DNA of 64,000 nucleotides, taken from the NCBI GenBank assembly GCA_028534125.1, contig CM052816.1, positions 67,210,001 through 67,274,000 on the forward strand, read 5' to 3'. Of the stretch, positions 1-12,658 are shown piece by piece (the first letter of the stretch is position 1; every line of letters starts with the position of its first letter). The position numbers were made by a program, and so were the translations under genes. This DNA is from Lama glama. Lineage: Eukaryota. The notes beneath the pieces were generated by a model. It had not been told where the DNA came from, did no database searches, and saw only the letters and a program-made list of their open reading frames with translations.

Positions 1-80
1 AGAGTTATTCCTCCAGCCTCTTTCTTTCTCTTCAGTAATGCTTTGGCAATTCTAGGTCTTTGATGGTTCCATATACAAAC
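1..80 (-). mobile_element. L1 ORF2 fragment running off the window edge
   Basis: GCTTTGGCAATTCTAGGTCTTTGATGGTTCCATATA is nearly identical to the antisense L1 ORF2 sequence at about 59568-59605 in this window. Confidence 0.75.
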
Positions 81-89
81 AATCTGATT

Positions 90-1062
90 TTTGTCCTTAA
101 ATGTTTCATTTTTATAGCTTCCTGCTTTTTATATCATAAGTGGAATACCTTATTTCTCCAAAGATATTAATGAGAGCAAGTTTGTTCTTTTGTTTAAGTA
201 TTTGTCTTCCTGCATTGTCTGTTTTCCCAAGTTGCTTTTCTTCTTTTTGTCTCCTGGTCTCTGGCTTTTGTGTCAGAGGTTTTCTTTAAATGTCAAGTGA
301 CTCTTGCCATCCACTCACATTTAAGAGTGAGGCACTACAAAGCTGGGGATATGCTCTGCGCACGGGGCTTTACTGTGAGGGAGGTCTGCCTGTGCCACCA
401 TGGTGAGAAAGCCCCAACGTCAGTCTTCTTCAGGTCATTTCTTGGACTGGTCATGTGCCACACCAGAAGGGCATAATTCTTGGCAAACAATTATGGGGGA
501 AGAAGTTTGGTGGTCTTAACAAGTCAGAAAGTAAGCTTTCACTTAACACCTCATTTTCAACATGCACCCCACCCTCACCTGTACCTAGCATCTCCCAGTC
601 CAGATGCTCTGTTTACACACTTCAGACAGTAACCATTCAGCCACTGCCAGGAGGGATGGAGGCAGAGCTGCAGCTGTATGGACTGGGTTAGGATCTGGGA
701 ACCTGTCACTGACAAACAAGGTTTCAGCCCCCTATCCAGGACCAAGCCCTGCATTTGTAGCTCACTTCCAGGGGCACCTTCACAGCCCGTTCCTGAGACC
801 AGGGACCACGGTGTATATCAGGTTTCTTCTTCCCTTTTCCACTGCCAGTTTAAAATTCAGCCCTTACTCTCTCTCGCTGGATCGGCAATCCCTCATCCTT
901 CTGCTTTCCAGCTCCCAAAACTTTGTTGCTGTTGTCTCCTCTCCAGGTCTATTTTTCCTTGTGGGGCTAGAGCTTTAGAAAATATTTTTCCTGTAATTAT
1001 AATGGGTTTTTGAGAGGGAATGGAGGCTAACAAATATGATTCACCAACTTTAACTAGAAACT
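90..1062 (-). mobile_element. HAL1/old L1M-type element, 5' part
   Basis: Shares a block with 63680-63730 (TTGCCATCCACTCACATTTAAGAGTGAGGCA vs TTGGCCATCACTCACATTGTAAGAGGGAGGCA). The 920-1060 end resembles the antisense HAL1 5' terminus as recalled. Confidence 0.6.
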
Positions 1063-1434
1063 TCTTAGTATTAAATTTTAACATACATATTTAAACACAT
1101 TTCCCTATCAGTCTCCAGTGTTCATGAGTACCTATATCCCCTCCTCACACACGCCCACGTACATGTATGAAGACAAGAGAAAAGACAAGAATGTTAGCAC
1201 AGTTTCACATTTCTTCTGCACTATGCTTTGTCTCCTAAGTTAAAATCATCATAATCAAACTCTAGATTTATTATGATACATTATTTTTCTTAACTAGCAG
1301 TATTAATGGTCCTTTTACTATTATTGCTTCTTCCATTCACTGAATAAGTATCTGAGCATTTTCTATATTTCCAGAATTGTTTTAGGACCCCATATTCTTC
1401 CCTCACATAGCTTACATAAATAGTGGGAGAAATG

Positions 1435-1620
1435 GGCAATAAACAAATAAGCATGTAACTAAACATCAACATTTTAGATAGTTGCTCTATAAAATAAAGC
1501 AAAGTGAGGAAATAGGAAAAAAGAAAGGTTATATTTTGGACTAGGTGCCAGGGGAGGTCTTTCTAGAGAAGGTACATCTGTTCAGAAATGTACATCATGT
1601 AACAAAGCAAGCTGTGCCAG
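1435..1620 (-). mobile_element. L2 3'-region fragment
   Basis: Purine-rich antisense L2 pattern (AATAAACAAATAAGCA...GGGGAGGTCTTTCTAGAGAAGGTACATCTG), similar to the L2 at 30700-31300. Confidence 0.6.
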
Positions 1621-1624
1621 CTAA

Positions 1625-1805
1625 TGTTGACTAGAGGTAATCAGCACCTAATTCCACTCCCTTCCAGGCTGTCTGCTATATTATAGAGGCTGGAGATCTA
1701 CATTTCTCAGACTTCCTTGCGTGGGTTCTAGATACAGTTACATTTAGCCAATATGATGACTGGTGTGAGAGTCAGAATGTGCAAGGGAGGAGGCAGGCTC
1801 ATGCT
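1625..1805 (+). mobile_element. ERVL LTR fragment (LTR33-like 5' part)
   Basis: AGAGGCTGGAGATCTACATTTCTCAGACTTCCTTGC...GGGTTCTAGAT resembles the LTR33/MLT1-type motif as recalled. Confidence 0.5.
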
Positions 1806-1811
1806 GCCAGG

Positions 1812-2720
1812 ACCCACTGGTCTTACCATGTACCCCATCACCCAGAAGCAGCTGCCACTGCTGAATGATGGACAAGCCTATTGAAAATTCAATTACAATG
1901 CCATTTGGAAACAGCATTTTGCAAGGCTCAGGTGCTGTCCCACAAGTTGAAGTCTATGATCCTAGAGAATGTGCAATAAATGATGTTGTTTCTACTACAG
2001 TCACAGTAAGTCCAGGAGGCAAAGACAGATGCAGGCATGGCTTCTTCATTAATACAACTTATGAACCACTCAGGAAATGTTCATTATGTTCCTTACATCT
2101 TTGGAGTCTGCTAAACAGAGGTATTAGTTCCCAAGGGAGAAGCAGTCCCTCTGGGAGATGTGACAAGTGTTCCATTGAATGGGTAGCTGCAACTGGCCTC
2201 CTGGTCTCTGAAGGCCTCTCATTCATGCCACTAAACCAACCATCAAAGAAGGGATTACTCTCCCACCTGGAATGATTGTTCTTTATTATCAAAGGAAATT
2301 CAGGTTGCTACTGAACAAAAGGGCAGAAAGACGATACATGGAACTCAGTGAATTCTCTGGAGCACCTTCTACTATAGATAGAGTATGCGCTATGATACAG
2401 TCAAAAAATAACTCAATATAAACAGGATCCCTAATGACTCAAACTCTAAAGAAATTCAATATAACTGGAGAGAGAGCTCGGACTTTTCAGGAGACAGTCT
2501 AGTTACCTCATTAGGTAAACAATATCCTGACTAACTGAGATTCTGAATGAGGACAAAGATAACATGAATGAAGATAGTTATCAATGTCACACAGCCTTGT
2601 CACCAGTTGAAACAAGGACTGCAGTAAGCACGCATATTTTCTTTCTTGTTTTAAAATTTTTTATTTATATGCCTCTTGATCAATTTTCCTTTTCCCTTTC
2701 CCTAATATTTTATATAATTT
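1812..2720 (+). mobile_element. ERVL internal relic: integrase C-terminal part plus dUTPase, pseudogenised
   Basis: Translation from 1818 gives WSYHVPHHPEAAATAE*WTSLLKIQLQC, matching the ERVL integrase segment WSYHVPHHPEAAGLIERWNGLLK. ORF 1865-2275 ends in FMPLNQPSKKGL, like ERVL dUTPase LLPLSQQAKKGV. Stops and frameshifts are present. Confidence 0.85.
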
Positions 2721-2759
2721 ATTTTTAGATTATATTTGCCTCCTACTGTAAAATGAGTT

Positions 2760-4430
2760 TTCCAAAGTAATGTTAGGTGGAATATAATGACTTGGCAAAG
2801 GCCATTCTAAAATAAAGAGATGAGGAAGAGAAAAAAGAACTAGTAAAGAAGACAGTGAAGGTCTGTTAGTGAGAAGAAAATTAGGAATATAGTGCCCTGG
2901 AAATCGAGAAAAGATAAGCCACACAGAAGGGAGGAGATTTCCCATACAGTGCTGCTGAGGAACCCACGTGAGGGCAGAGAACTGGCCACTGGATTTGACA
3001 AGTAGTTGATTATTACTGACCAATTAAGAGTGGATTTTTTGTAATATATGGTTCAAAACCTGATTAAAGTGGGTTATATAATAAGAGGCAATGAAGTGGG
3101 AACTATGTGTATAGATAAACCTTTTCCAAGAATGTCTATTGCAAGGGAAGGAAAGTTATAAGAGTTTGGTGCTGATATAAAGGGTGACTGTAGGGGAATA
3201 TACAGTGTTAAGGGAGGATTTTTTTCAAGACCAACAAAATTACAGTTCAGTAGGCTTTGGGCAATGATCTGGTGGAGAAGAAATGTGATGATACAAAAGT
3301 GAATGGGGGGAGAAACCTCAGGGAGAAGTCCTGGAAGAGGTAAAAGGGATAGAGTCTCGGGGTAAGCAGAGAGATTCACCTTAGTTGAGAATGTGATGAT
3401 TTGTCCATTGCAACAAGAGGTGAGACAGAGAACATGGATACAGATACAGATAGATTAGTAACAAATATTTGAGGGTATTTCCTTTTTTACTTCCAACAAA
3501 AGAAGAGTCAAACACACCAGCTAAGTATGGATGAGTGGGGAAGACTGGAGGCCTGGTTTAAAGAAGGAGATGGCAGCATGCAACACTCCTCAGGCAATGG
3601 AAAGGCAAACTTGTTGAGGATATATGTTCAAATTATTGAGTGATAATGATGACATGCATGAAATTTCTGGTCAACAATATAGAGTGAGACCAATGAGCAA
3701 GACTGTGTTTTACTAGAGCTATATTCAGCTGCTTGGATGTAGAGAAGTTGTAAATTTGGATTAACTGAAGGTTGAGGATTTTTTCAGGTAAAAAGCAAGA
3801 GTAGGAAAGGGGCTTTGGCGGTTTTTATGAGTGGATGTGCATGGTGATGACCTATAGAAGCTGGGTAAGAACACAGGCAAAGACAGATGGCAGTGGCAAG
3901 CAGGTTGTAACATGGAGGAAACTGGCAGGTTTGAAGACTGAAGAGGTCACAACGTTGTGGCCTTGCTCCTAGATTACTGAGCTTAAGAGACAGGAGACAG
4001 CTTGACAATGAGATTTCAAAGTTGATACAGTGGCTGTACATGACAAGGGCTAAAGGATGACCATGGGAGTGGAGAAAATGATCACCAGAAATGAGAAAGT
4101 CCAGGAACTAAAGGAATGATGACATTTCTAGGAGTTATAACTTCAGTGTGAAGAGGAAGAGAGCAAGTCTTCAATGAATGAGGAAGAGTCACAAGCAGTG
4201 AGGGAATTTCTGCAACAAAGAAATGAAGCGTGGGGTACAGTTTGAAATTTAGGCATTTCAAAATAGCTACAATTTTTAGGAAAGGGGAGTATTTTTTGAG
4301 AACAGCAACCAGAGACAAGAAGAAAATTTACCCCAGCTTCAAGCTTTGTGGTGTGAAGGGGCTTTAGAGAAAGAAACATCCTCTCAGGAAACAGCCAAGT
4401 TTCAGAAAGAAAAAGCAAAACAGAGAAGGA
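2760..4430 (-). mobile_element. L2 ORF2 relic including RT start and endonuclease region
   Basis: Minus ORF 2730-3023 begins VSNNQLLVKSSGQFSAL (L2 RT entry, cf. VTNDLLVAKSNGQFSVL). Minus ORF 4143-4418 contains LSETWL, the APE-endonuclease motif of L2/CR1. Confidence 0.8.
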
Positions 4431-4449
4431 AACATTTCAATAAGAGATT

Positions 4450-5860
4450 TATTTTTTCCAAATCTTCCTCCTTCCTAGATACATGTTTTTGTTTTAATGG
4501 AGTATGTTCTCTGAAGATTCCTTCAGAGAAAGTGTGTGGATAGTAATATTATTGAGTTCTTCACTGTTCAATAAACATCTTTATTCACTCAAACATGTGT
4601 GTTTTGCTGCATAAAGAACTCGAAGTTCCAGATAATTTTGTCTTTCATATCCTAACTTTTCTTTAACATATTTTTCTCTTTGCATATTTGGACTGAGCTC
4701 TGAAGACATGCCTCCACAACATCTACCAGCTGCACCTTCAGTTGGGACGATCCTAACATATATCCAATCTGGTATTTGAGTTCCGTAATTGTCTCTCAGT
4801 TTTAAATGCCAATAATTTTCATTGCTTTTTTGTATCATTCTATGCTTGGTCCATGGTAGTAAAACTGTCTAGAATTCTCCTGAGACTTTTAATTTAGCTT
4901 ACTTGAAAGCCTTCTTCTGTTTGCCTTTGGAACTCTAATTCCTCATGTGTTAGTTTTTTTAATTACATGTGGTGCCTTTTCTTCCCCATAGTTTTTTTCC
5001 AGTGTTTAGTGATTCCTGGTTAAGTACTGCATCTGTATGTAAGAATTCCTGGTTTCATGTTAATAAATAAACGTTCTATTTACAACAGCTAGCCCTTTGT
5101 GGTTGCATGGAGAGAGGAGGTGATATGTCAAGTCGGGTAGAGTATAAGGGTAGACTGTGTATGGGAACTTCTCCATCCTCCTGGAGGTGGACTGTTGTAT
5201 ACCAACCACCTATGTCTTTCAAATCCCACCACCCAAGTAATGATTATCCTGAGATTTCCACCTCAAAGAGTTATACACAGAGTTTATTCTAGAAGCCATT
5301 ACGGAAGTCATCTGCTCCATTCCTTGACACCACCCCCCACCCTTTCTTCTATGCTTGTAGAGTTTATATTGCTTTCTGCTTTTCTTCTCTATCTGGACCC
5401 AACACTCACTTTGGAAGTGCTCCTTAATCATATTAGTCTTGAAGACAATTCTGAGCTGTATCTTAGGAGAAAATTCTACTTTTGGTTGCTACTCAGTTTA
5501 AACTGAAGGAGGAGGGAGAACAAAGAATTTCCAAGTGTAATTCTTTAATTAACTTTCCTATGATTATCCCAGGTCTTCTCTGTGCTTTGAGTTTTTTGGA
5601 CTCTGAGAATAAGGAAATTTCAGAAATACTCTTTTAACTGCAGTACTTTTTCCTCCACATATGTTTCTGCATTTTATTTCCTCTGATCTTTTACTACATT
5701 AATCCTAATATAAATATCAAATTTATGGTTCACTTTTATCACTTTTTGTGTTTTCTAGCACAGTTGTGAATTCATTGTATTTTTAAAAACAATATCTGCC
5801 ATTTCAAAACTTTGGGGATGGAGGAGAGGTTGTGTTTTCAATCCACTATCTTCTCTAGCT
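4450..5860 (-). mobile_element. HAL1/old L1M-type element
   Basis: T-rich antisense body similar to 62850-63450. Terminus TTTGGGGATGGAGGAGAGG...TCAATCCACTATCTT resembles 1005-1060. Confidence 0.55.
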
Positions 5861-6179
5861 TATTAGTGAGATGGAATGAATAGGATCTCAATGATGGAAA
5901 TTTTAGATACCCAAAAGTTAAGAAATTTATCTATAATTAACCCATAAGTGTTAAAGTCATATCTAAAATGTCAATCTCCTCTTCTTTGTTAAGACCTCAT
6001 TTAAAATCCATTCTTTATTAAGTTGTCATTTATCTAATATTTCACATAAACCAAGTGTTCAAAATTATTTTTTATCACAACTATCTCTTACCTTTAGCTT
6101 AAAAGAGGTTTGGAAATAAACACATCCTCTTAAGTAATGAAAAATCTTTGACTAGTAAGTTTTCAAATAAAATACTGTC

Positions 6180-7597
6180 AATGTAAAGGAGGTAAAAGGC
6201 TTATACACTGAAAACTACAAAACACTGCTGAAAGAAATTATAGAAAACCTAATTAAATGGAAAAACATTCCATGTTTATACATTGGAAAATGTAATACTG
6301 TTAAGATGGCAACACTACTCAAAGTGATCTGCAGATCAAGTGCAATCCCTACCAAAATTTCAACAGTCTTTCGTGCAGAAATGGAAAGTCCAATCATCAA
6401 ATTCATATGGAATTGCCCAGAATAGCCAAAATAACATCAAAAAGGAAAAACAAATTTGTGGGACTCCCAATTTCCAATTTCAAAAGTTACTGCAAAGCTA
6501 CAGTGATCAAACCAGTGTGGTACTAGCATAAGAATAGTAGATCAAAGAAACAGATTTGAGAGTCTAAAAATAGACCTATACATCTATGGCCAATTTATTT
6601 TCAACCAAGCACACCAAGACCATTCAATGTGGAAAGAACAGTTTCTTCAACAAATAGTGCTGGCAAAACCGGGAAGCCATATGCAAAAGAATGTAGTTGC
6701 CCCCTCATTCTTACACAAATATGCCTCCCATTACACACAAAAATTAACTCAAAATGAATCAATAACCTAGATATAGGAGCTAAAACCATAAAACTTATAG
6801 AACAAAACACAGAGTAAATCTTCATGACCTCAGATTTAACAATGAATTCTTAGATATGACACAAACACACAGGCGAGTAAGAATAAAACTAGATAAACAA
6901 GACTTCATTAAAATTAAAAACTTTCATGCATCAAAGAATACTATCAAGAAAGTGAAAAAGACAACGTACAGAATGAAGAAAATATTTGCAAATCATGTCC
7001 AGAACATATAAAGAATTCTTACAACTCAACAACAGGAAAACAAACAATACAATTTTTAAATGGCCTAAGGATTTGAATAAACATTTCTTCAAAGTTACAC
7101 ATACAAATGGACAATAAGCATGTGGAAAGATGCTCAGTATCATTAGTCATTAGGGAAATGCAAATCAAAACTACAATGAGATACTACTTCACACCTACCA
7201 GATGGATATATATTTTTTTAATAGAAAATAACCAGTGTTGGAGAAATTAGAACTCTTGTACATTGCTGATGGGACTGTAAAATGATTCAGCCTTTATAGA
7301 AAGCAGTCTGGTGGTTCCCCAAGAAGTTAAACATAAGAATTACCATACGACCTAGAAAATCCACTCCTATGTATATACCCAAAAGTACTGAAAGCAGGTT
7401 TTCAAACAGATTCTTGCAGATGAATGTTCCTAAGCAACCCTAGTCACACCAGCTATTTAATGGATACTGAGTTTCAGTTATGAAAGATGAAAAAATTCTG
7501 GAAATTGCTTGCTCAACAGTGGGAATATACTTAACACTACTGAACTGAAGCCTTAAAAGATGGTAAATTTTATGTTATGTGTATTTATCACAATTAA
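6180..7597 (+). mobile_element. 5'-truncated L1 (L1MA/L1MB-like): ORF2 3' part and 3' UTR
   Basis: Typical ORF2 sequence (ACTGAAAACTACAAAACACTGCTGAAAGAAAT; AAATGCAAATCAAAACTACAATGAGATAC) and 3' end (TGGTAAATTTTATGTTATGTGTATTTATCACAAT). Confidence 0.9.
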
Positions 7598-8051
7598 ATT
7601 GGTTAAGTCCATACACTGGCTTTAGCTTCCCAATTTTAAATCACTTCCTCATTTTAAGGAGCATTCTTAAAACATCTCAAATATTTGAACTGCAGCTAAA
7701 AATAAGGATTCATTCCACTTTACTATGTATTTTTACATATACTCTTTTATTTGAACCAAGAAATTGTATTACTTGATTGTTGTTATCTTGCCAATAGCTC
7801 TTCTCTGAGTTCCCATTCATTATCGAGAATAATACAGCACATTCTGCATGTCAGAGATAAGAAAGCAGGGATAGGGAAACACAGTCCCCATGCTCAGGTG
7901 TATAGAACTACAAGAGCTAAAAGTTTCAGAAAGATTTATTTTTGGAGAAAATTATGTTCTTGCTCAAATCCTTTTTCAATAACCTGAACAGGAGTCCAAG
8001 GGATACACAGATCATAATTTATCTTCAAACTTCCTTATAACCTTTGTTTAA

Positions 8052-8108
8052 ACACACACACCACCACCACCACCACCACCACCACCACCACCACCACATA
8101 CCACACAC
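8052..8108. repeat. (CA)n/(CAC)n microsatellite
   Basis: Directly visible ACACACACA followed by (CCA)n. Confidence 0.95.
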
Positions 8109-8282
8109 TGGGGTCTTCTTAGGAAACCACTTGCTATAGACTACCATCTAGTTATCATGGCAACACAGTTGTCTCCAAGCAGTTAAAGCCAATATAGTTT
8201 CAAGCTACTCAAAAAAGAAAAAAAAAGCACTAATTGTTACATACAGACTTGAATGAACTTTCATTTAAGATTAGGGTCCATT

Positions 8283-8686
8283 CTTGGATATCCTCCTCTA
8301 AATGAAGCCAAAAAGAGAAAGAAAAATACCACATGATAATATCATATCATTCATATGTGAAATCTAAAAAAAAAAAATCACACACAAATTATTTACAGAA
8401 TAGAAACAGATTCACAGACATAGAAAACAAACCTATGGTTTGGGGGAAAGGGATAAATTGGGAGTTAAAGATTTCTAGATACTAACTATTTTATATAAAA
8501 TAAACAAGTTTCTTCTGTATAGCACAGGGGACTATATTCAATATCTTGTAGTAACCTATAATGAAAAAGAATATGAAAAGGAATATATGTATGTATATGT
8601 ATGACTGGAACATTATACTGTACACCAGAAATTAACACATTGTAAACTAACTATACTTTGAAAAATAAAAATTAAAAATTAAAAAA
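8283..8686 (+). mobile_element. Young cetartiodactyl-type L1 3' end with TSD
   Basis: Highly similar to 43180-43600, with an A-rich tail. Flanked by AAGATTAGGGTCCATT (8267-8282) and AAGATTAGCATCCATT (8687-8702). Confidence 0.9.
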
Positions 8687-9106
8687 AAGATTAGCATCCA
8701 TTAATATAGGAAGTACAATAAGGCACCTAGGATCAAAAAGTAAGAAGCAGCTCCAAAAGCACATTTTACCCATAAATACATCTCTTGCCAAATGGTACCA
8801 ACTTAGTCCCACACCACTTGAGAACATTAAACCAGACCCATACAGATAGCTCCTAGGCTGCTTACCTACATCAATTGGCAGCCAAGAAGGATGACATTAT
8901 AGGGGCACTTGAGCCCTGAAAGGTTCAGTAGAAAAGTGTTATTTCCACACTCCACTTGTTATTGTCAAACTTTCCTTTTCCCTATCCTACTGCCCCCACC
9001 AGCCAGTCAGACACACAGGTTCCTGCACCCTCTCTTCTATTCATTTGTTCCCTCCCTCCACCTTCCTCCTCTCTCTCACACTCACGTTTAAAAACAAATG
9101 TCCCTT

Positions 9107-9200
9107 GTGGTGATCATTTTGAAATGTATAAAAATACTGAATCACTATATTGTACACTCAAAACTAATATAATATTGTAAGTCAACTATACTTCAATAAA
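9107..9200 (+). mobile_element. Very short L1 3' end with degenerate TSD
   Basis: GTGGTGATCATTTTGAAATGTATA...GTCAACTATACTTCAATAAA, flanked by TAAAAACAAATGTCCCTT and TAAAAACAAGCCTCCCTT. Confidence 0.8.
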
Positions 9201-10761
9201 TAAAAACAAGCCTCCCTTATTCTCACCAAGCTTTTGATGCCCTACTAGGATACCAGGGGACTAGACCATGATCAGCTTTTTAAAAATCTCATTCCCTACT
9301 ACGATGCCTCAGTTATCAAATAGTGCTGCCACCTTCCTGTGAATCTTTACAATCCTAAATTAGACCAAGAAGATGCTGCCCTAGCAAAATGGCCACAGCC
9401 AGGAGGTTGTAGACTAATGTAAGTACCACTCAGGGCAAGTTATCACATGAGGGCCAAGACCTTTCATGATCCAAACCTCTCTCTTCTGGATCTCCCATTT
9501 CCAAAGACCAAGACAGACTATAAATGCATCTGTGACCAACATCATTCCCTCTACCAGGCCTCACTGTGTGTGACACAGAGGGACCACTGGGACTCCATGG
9601 GAGTCTGGCTGGGCAAGTGTTCATCATGTTCCTGAAATACGGGAACCTACATAATTCAGAGGATCTGGATCTCTGCCCATGGTGCATGCACAGACTCAAA
9701 ATAATACACTCTGGCACAGTTTGGACCACCACAACTACAAACATGAAGACTGAAGAGATTTCTCAATGAGTAAAAGAAAACCCCTAGGGTAGGACCTAAT
9801 TGGGTCTAGGCTTGTCTCACAGTTATCATTCTTCCTAAATTTCTAGGTAGAATTAATAGGAGAATACACTGCATCTGCCACCTTTACCCTGTGGGTCCTT
9901 CTTCACTTGGGAAACCTCATGTAGGAAGCACTGCTGACCTCAAAGCAGAATTGTCTCCTGAGCTTCATTAGAGGAGGACAGACAGTGCTCAGAAAACTCC
10001 CAGAAGATGGAAGAGCGAAAAATAAGAAAAGCAATTCTTTATAAGCTTTATGTTACTAGAGCTTTGGTTTTGTTTTCTCTGAAAAGTATTTCCACATTTC
10101 CCAGTTGCCTAGAGTAGGTCCATTGTCTAACTGGGTCTTCACCTCCTCCAAAAACAGCTCATCTCTGTGTGTGGCCGACTTGGGATGGGTGGGAGCAGCT
10201 GGGTGAGGCATGCTCACTCCAGCCATCCCCAGGGGAGGGTTTAAGGACCAAAGACTAGAGCGCCCCTGCTAGTTTTCTTCCCACGAAAGACACAAAAGGA
10301 AAAAAAAAAGAAATAAACAAATGAGAGGTACGCTAGGATGCCAGAGCCTTACTCTTGACAACACAGCTTACATACAGAGTTCTCCTCACTTAGGGGTCTG
10401 CTTGGTCATCGTCCAGAGGTCCCAAGACTGAAGCAAACCGTATTTCATCTCACCCTCTGCTTTTGCCTCAGCATTTGTCTGGTTCAAAATAATGCTATTA
10501 AATAGAAGTTTCCAACAGGGTTAGCTAGGATAACATTTCATTAAGCCTTCAGTGCAGTATCTTGTAAATGAGCGAACTCGCTTTGCCTTCAAAAATGAAT
10601 CCAAAGACTATTCTCTAAGAATTGGCTACTTGAAATACTACAGTATGATGCACAAAAGAGCATCTGGAGATTATACAGAGAGTCTGTAAAGGGCTGGCAT
10701 GAGGCCTTTTGTGCCAGCCAGTCACTTGCTCATTACCCACCAGGCCCATCACCTCCCCTCT

Positions 10762-11218
10762 TGTGACAGGCAGAATAATGAGTCCCAAAGATGTCTACAT
10801 CCTAATCCCCGGCATTTATGAACATGTTACCTTCCATGGCAAAAGGGACTTTGCAGATATGGTTAAGATTCTGGAGGTGGAGAGATTCTCCTGAATTACC
10901 TGAGTGGGCCAAAATATAATCACAAGACGAAGGCCAAAGGATAAAAAGAAGGTAGATGTGACAAGGAAACCAGAGGTTAGAGGAATGTACTCTAAAGATG
11001 GAAGGAGAGGCTGTGGGCCAGGAAACGCAGGCAGCCTCCAGAATCTGGAAAAGGAAACAAAATAGACTTTCCCCCAGGAGACTCCAAAGGAAATATAGCT
11101 CTGCTGACACCTTGATTTTAGATTTCGGACCGCTAGAAATATAAAAGAACAAATTTGTATTGTTTTAAGCCACTAAGTTAGTGGTAATTAGATACAGCAG
11201 CAAAGGGAAACTAATACT
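10762..11218 (+). mobile_element. MaLR solo LTR (MLT1C/D-like)
   Basis: Starts TGTGACAGGCAGAATAATG, contains GGGACTTTGCAGAT and TTTAAGCCACTAAGTT, ends GAAACTAATAC. Homologous to 40108-40590. Confidence 0.9.
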
Positions 11219-11329
11219 CCCTCTTACCCGCCCTTTTCATTCATTCAAGGAATGAACGCCAGTCAACTCCGTTTCCCAGGCCACCTTGCTGCTTCCAGCT
11301 CTGTTCATTAATGGGAGGCCCTGGAATGA

Positions 11330-11612
11330 GACTGGACAGTGAGAAGACGAGAGAAGCCAGGGTATTATTTTCCCCTCTTCCTGCTCCAGACAGCTTCTCC
11401 AGCAGTTGCTGGTCCCCATCCATGATCTCCAGTCCTGTCATTACATCCAGGGTCACAGGCTCTAGAAACACCAGCATCTGATGTTATCCCTCACCTTCCT
11501 CTGTTTGCTTTGCAGCTCTTCTACCACCTTTACAGTGAATTTAGCACATTAAATTCCCTCTATTAAAGTATCTGACATGGGTTAAGTTTTCTTAGCTGGA
11601 TTCTTTCAAGAA
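11330..11612 (+). mobile_element. ERVL LTR fragment (LTR33-like 3' part)
   Basis: Ends TAAATTCCCTCTATTAAAGTATCT...GTTTTCTTAGCTGGA, resembling the LTR33 3' end as recalled. Confidence 0.45.
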
Positions 11613-12223
11613 CCAACCCTATTCCTAGTGTCTGCTTACATTTATTTCCTGTACCAGTATCACTTGCTCACCAGTGGCTGAGATGACTCATACATTTAAA
11701 ATCCTCTCCCATATTTTTTACATTACAGCAGAGTAATATTGATGGCTTTCCAGGGGATTGACAATCTCTTCCCTTCCCTCATGCCCTGCTTCTGTCAGCA
11801 TAATGAATTGGATAACTCTTCACAACCGTGGTTTAATTGTAATTTCATTTGCTTATGCAAATTGGCATGATTCAGGTGTGAATCAAGCAGCCTCTTTCTA
11901 TGATCTAGTGACCTAGAAAAATGAGAGCAACTATGTTCAGTGAGGAATTCTTGTTTAATCAGTTTAAATTTCATTAGTAAATCAGAAGGCACATTTTGTG
12001 GTATGTGAACTGAAAGATCATTCTCGTCAACCTAGCTTTACTGCTGCAGCTGAGGTAACTGGGCAAAGTTTTATTTAAGACATTGTTCAATGAGGCCAGC
12101 ATTTGGAACAATGCAATACACTATCAGTTCTCGAGCCTTATTTGCTGAGGTCTGGGGAATGGTGGTCTTTGGAGTCATAGCACTGGTCTCTATAAACAGA
12201 ATCTCAAGGTCTAATTCCAGCCC

Positions 12224-12658
12224 TATCATGTTCATTTGCTACAGCTCTCATAACAAATACCACAGACTGGGTGGCATAAACAACAGAAATGTATTGTCTC
12301 ACAGCTCTAGGGCTTGAAGTACAAAATCAAGGTGTTGCCAAGGTTGGCTCCTTCTGAGGGCTATAATGGAGAATCTGGCAGTCTTTGGTGTTCATTGGCT
12401 TCTGAAGCACTGCGCTCACCTGCTTTGACCTTCACATGATATTCTGTGTGTGTGTGTGTGTGTGTGTGTGTATCCAAATCTTCCCTTTATAAAAGAAGAA
12501 CAGACATACTGATTAGAACCCACCCTCATAACCTCATTTTAACTTACTATCTCTGTAAAGACCCTATCTCCAAATAAGGTCACATTCTAAAGAAGTGGGT
12601 GCATGTGGACTTCAGCATTTTAAATGGCAGAGGAGGGGGCATGGTTCAACCCATAACA
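12224..12658 (-). mobile_element. MaLR solo LTR (MLT1B/C-like) with internal (TG)n at about 12445-12471
   Basis: CATAACAAATACCACAGACTGGGTGGCATAAACAACAGAAAT...AAAGACCCTATCTCCAAATAAGGTCACATTCT...TTCAACCCATAACA. Confidence 0.9.
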
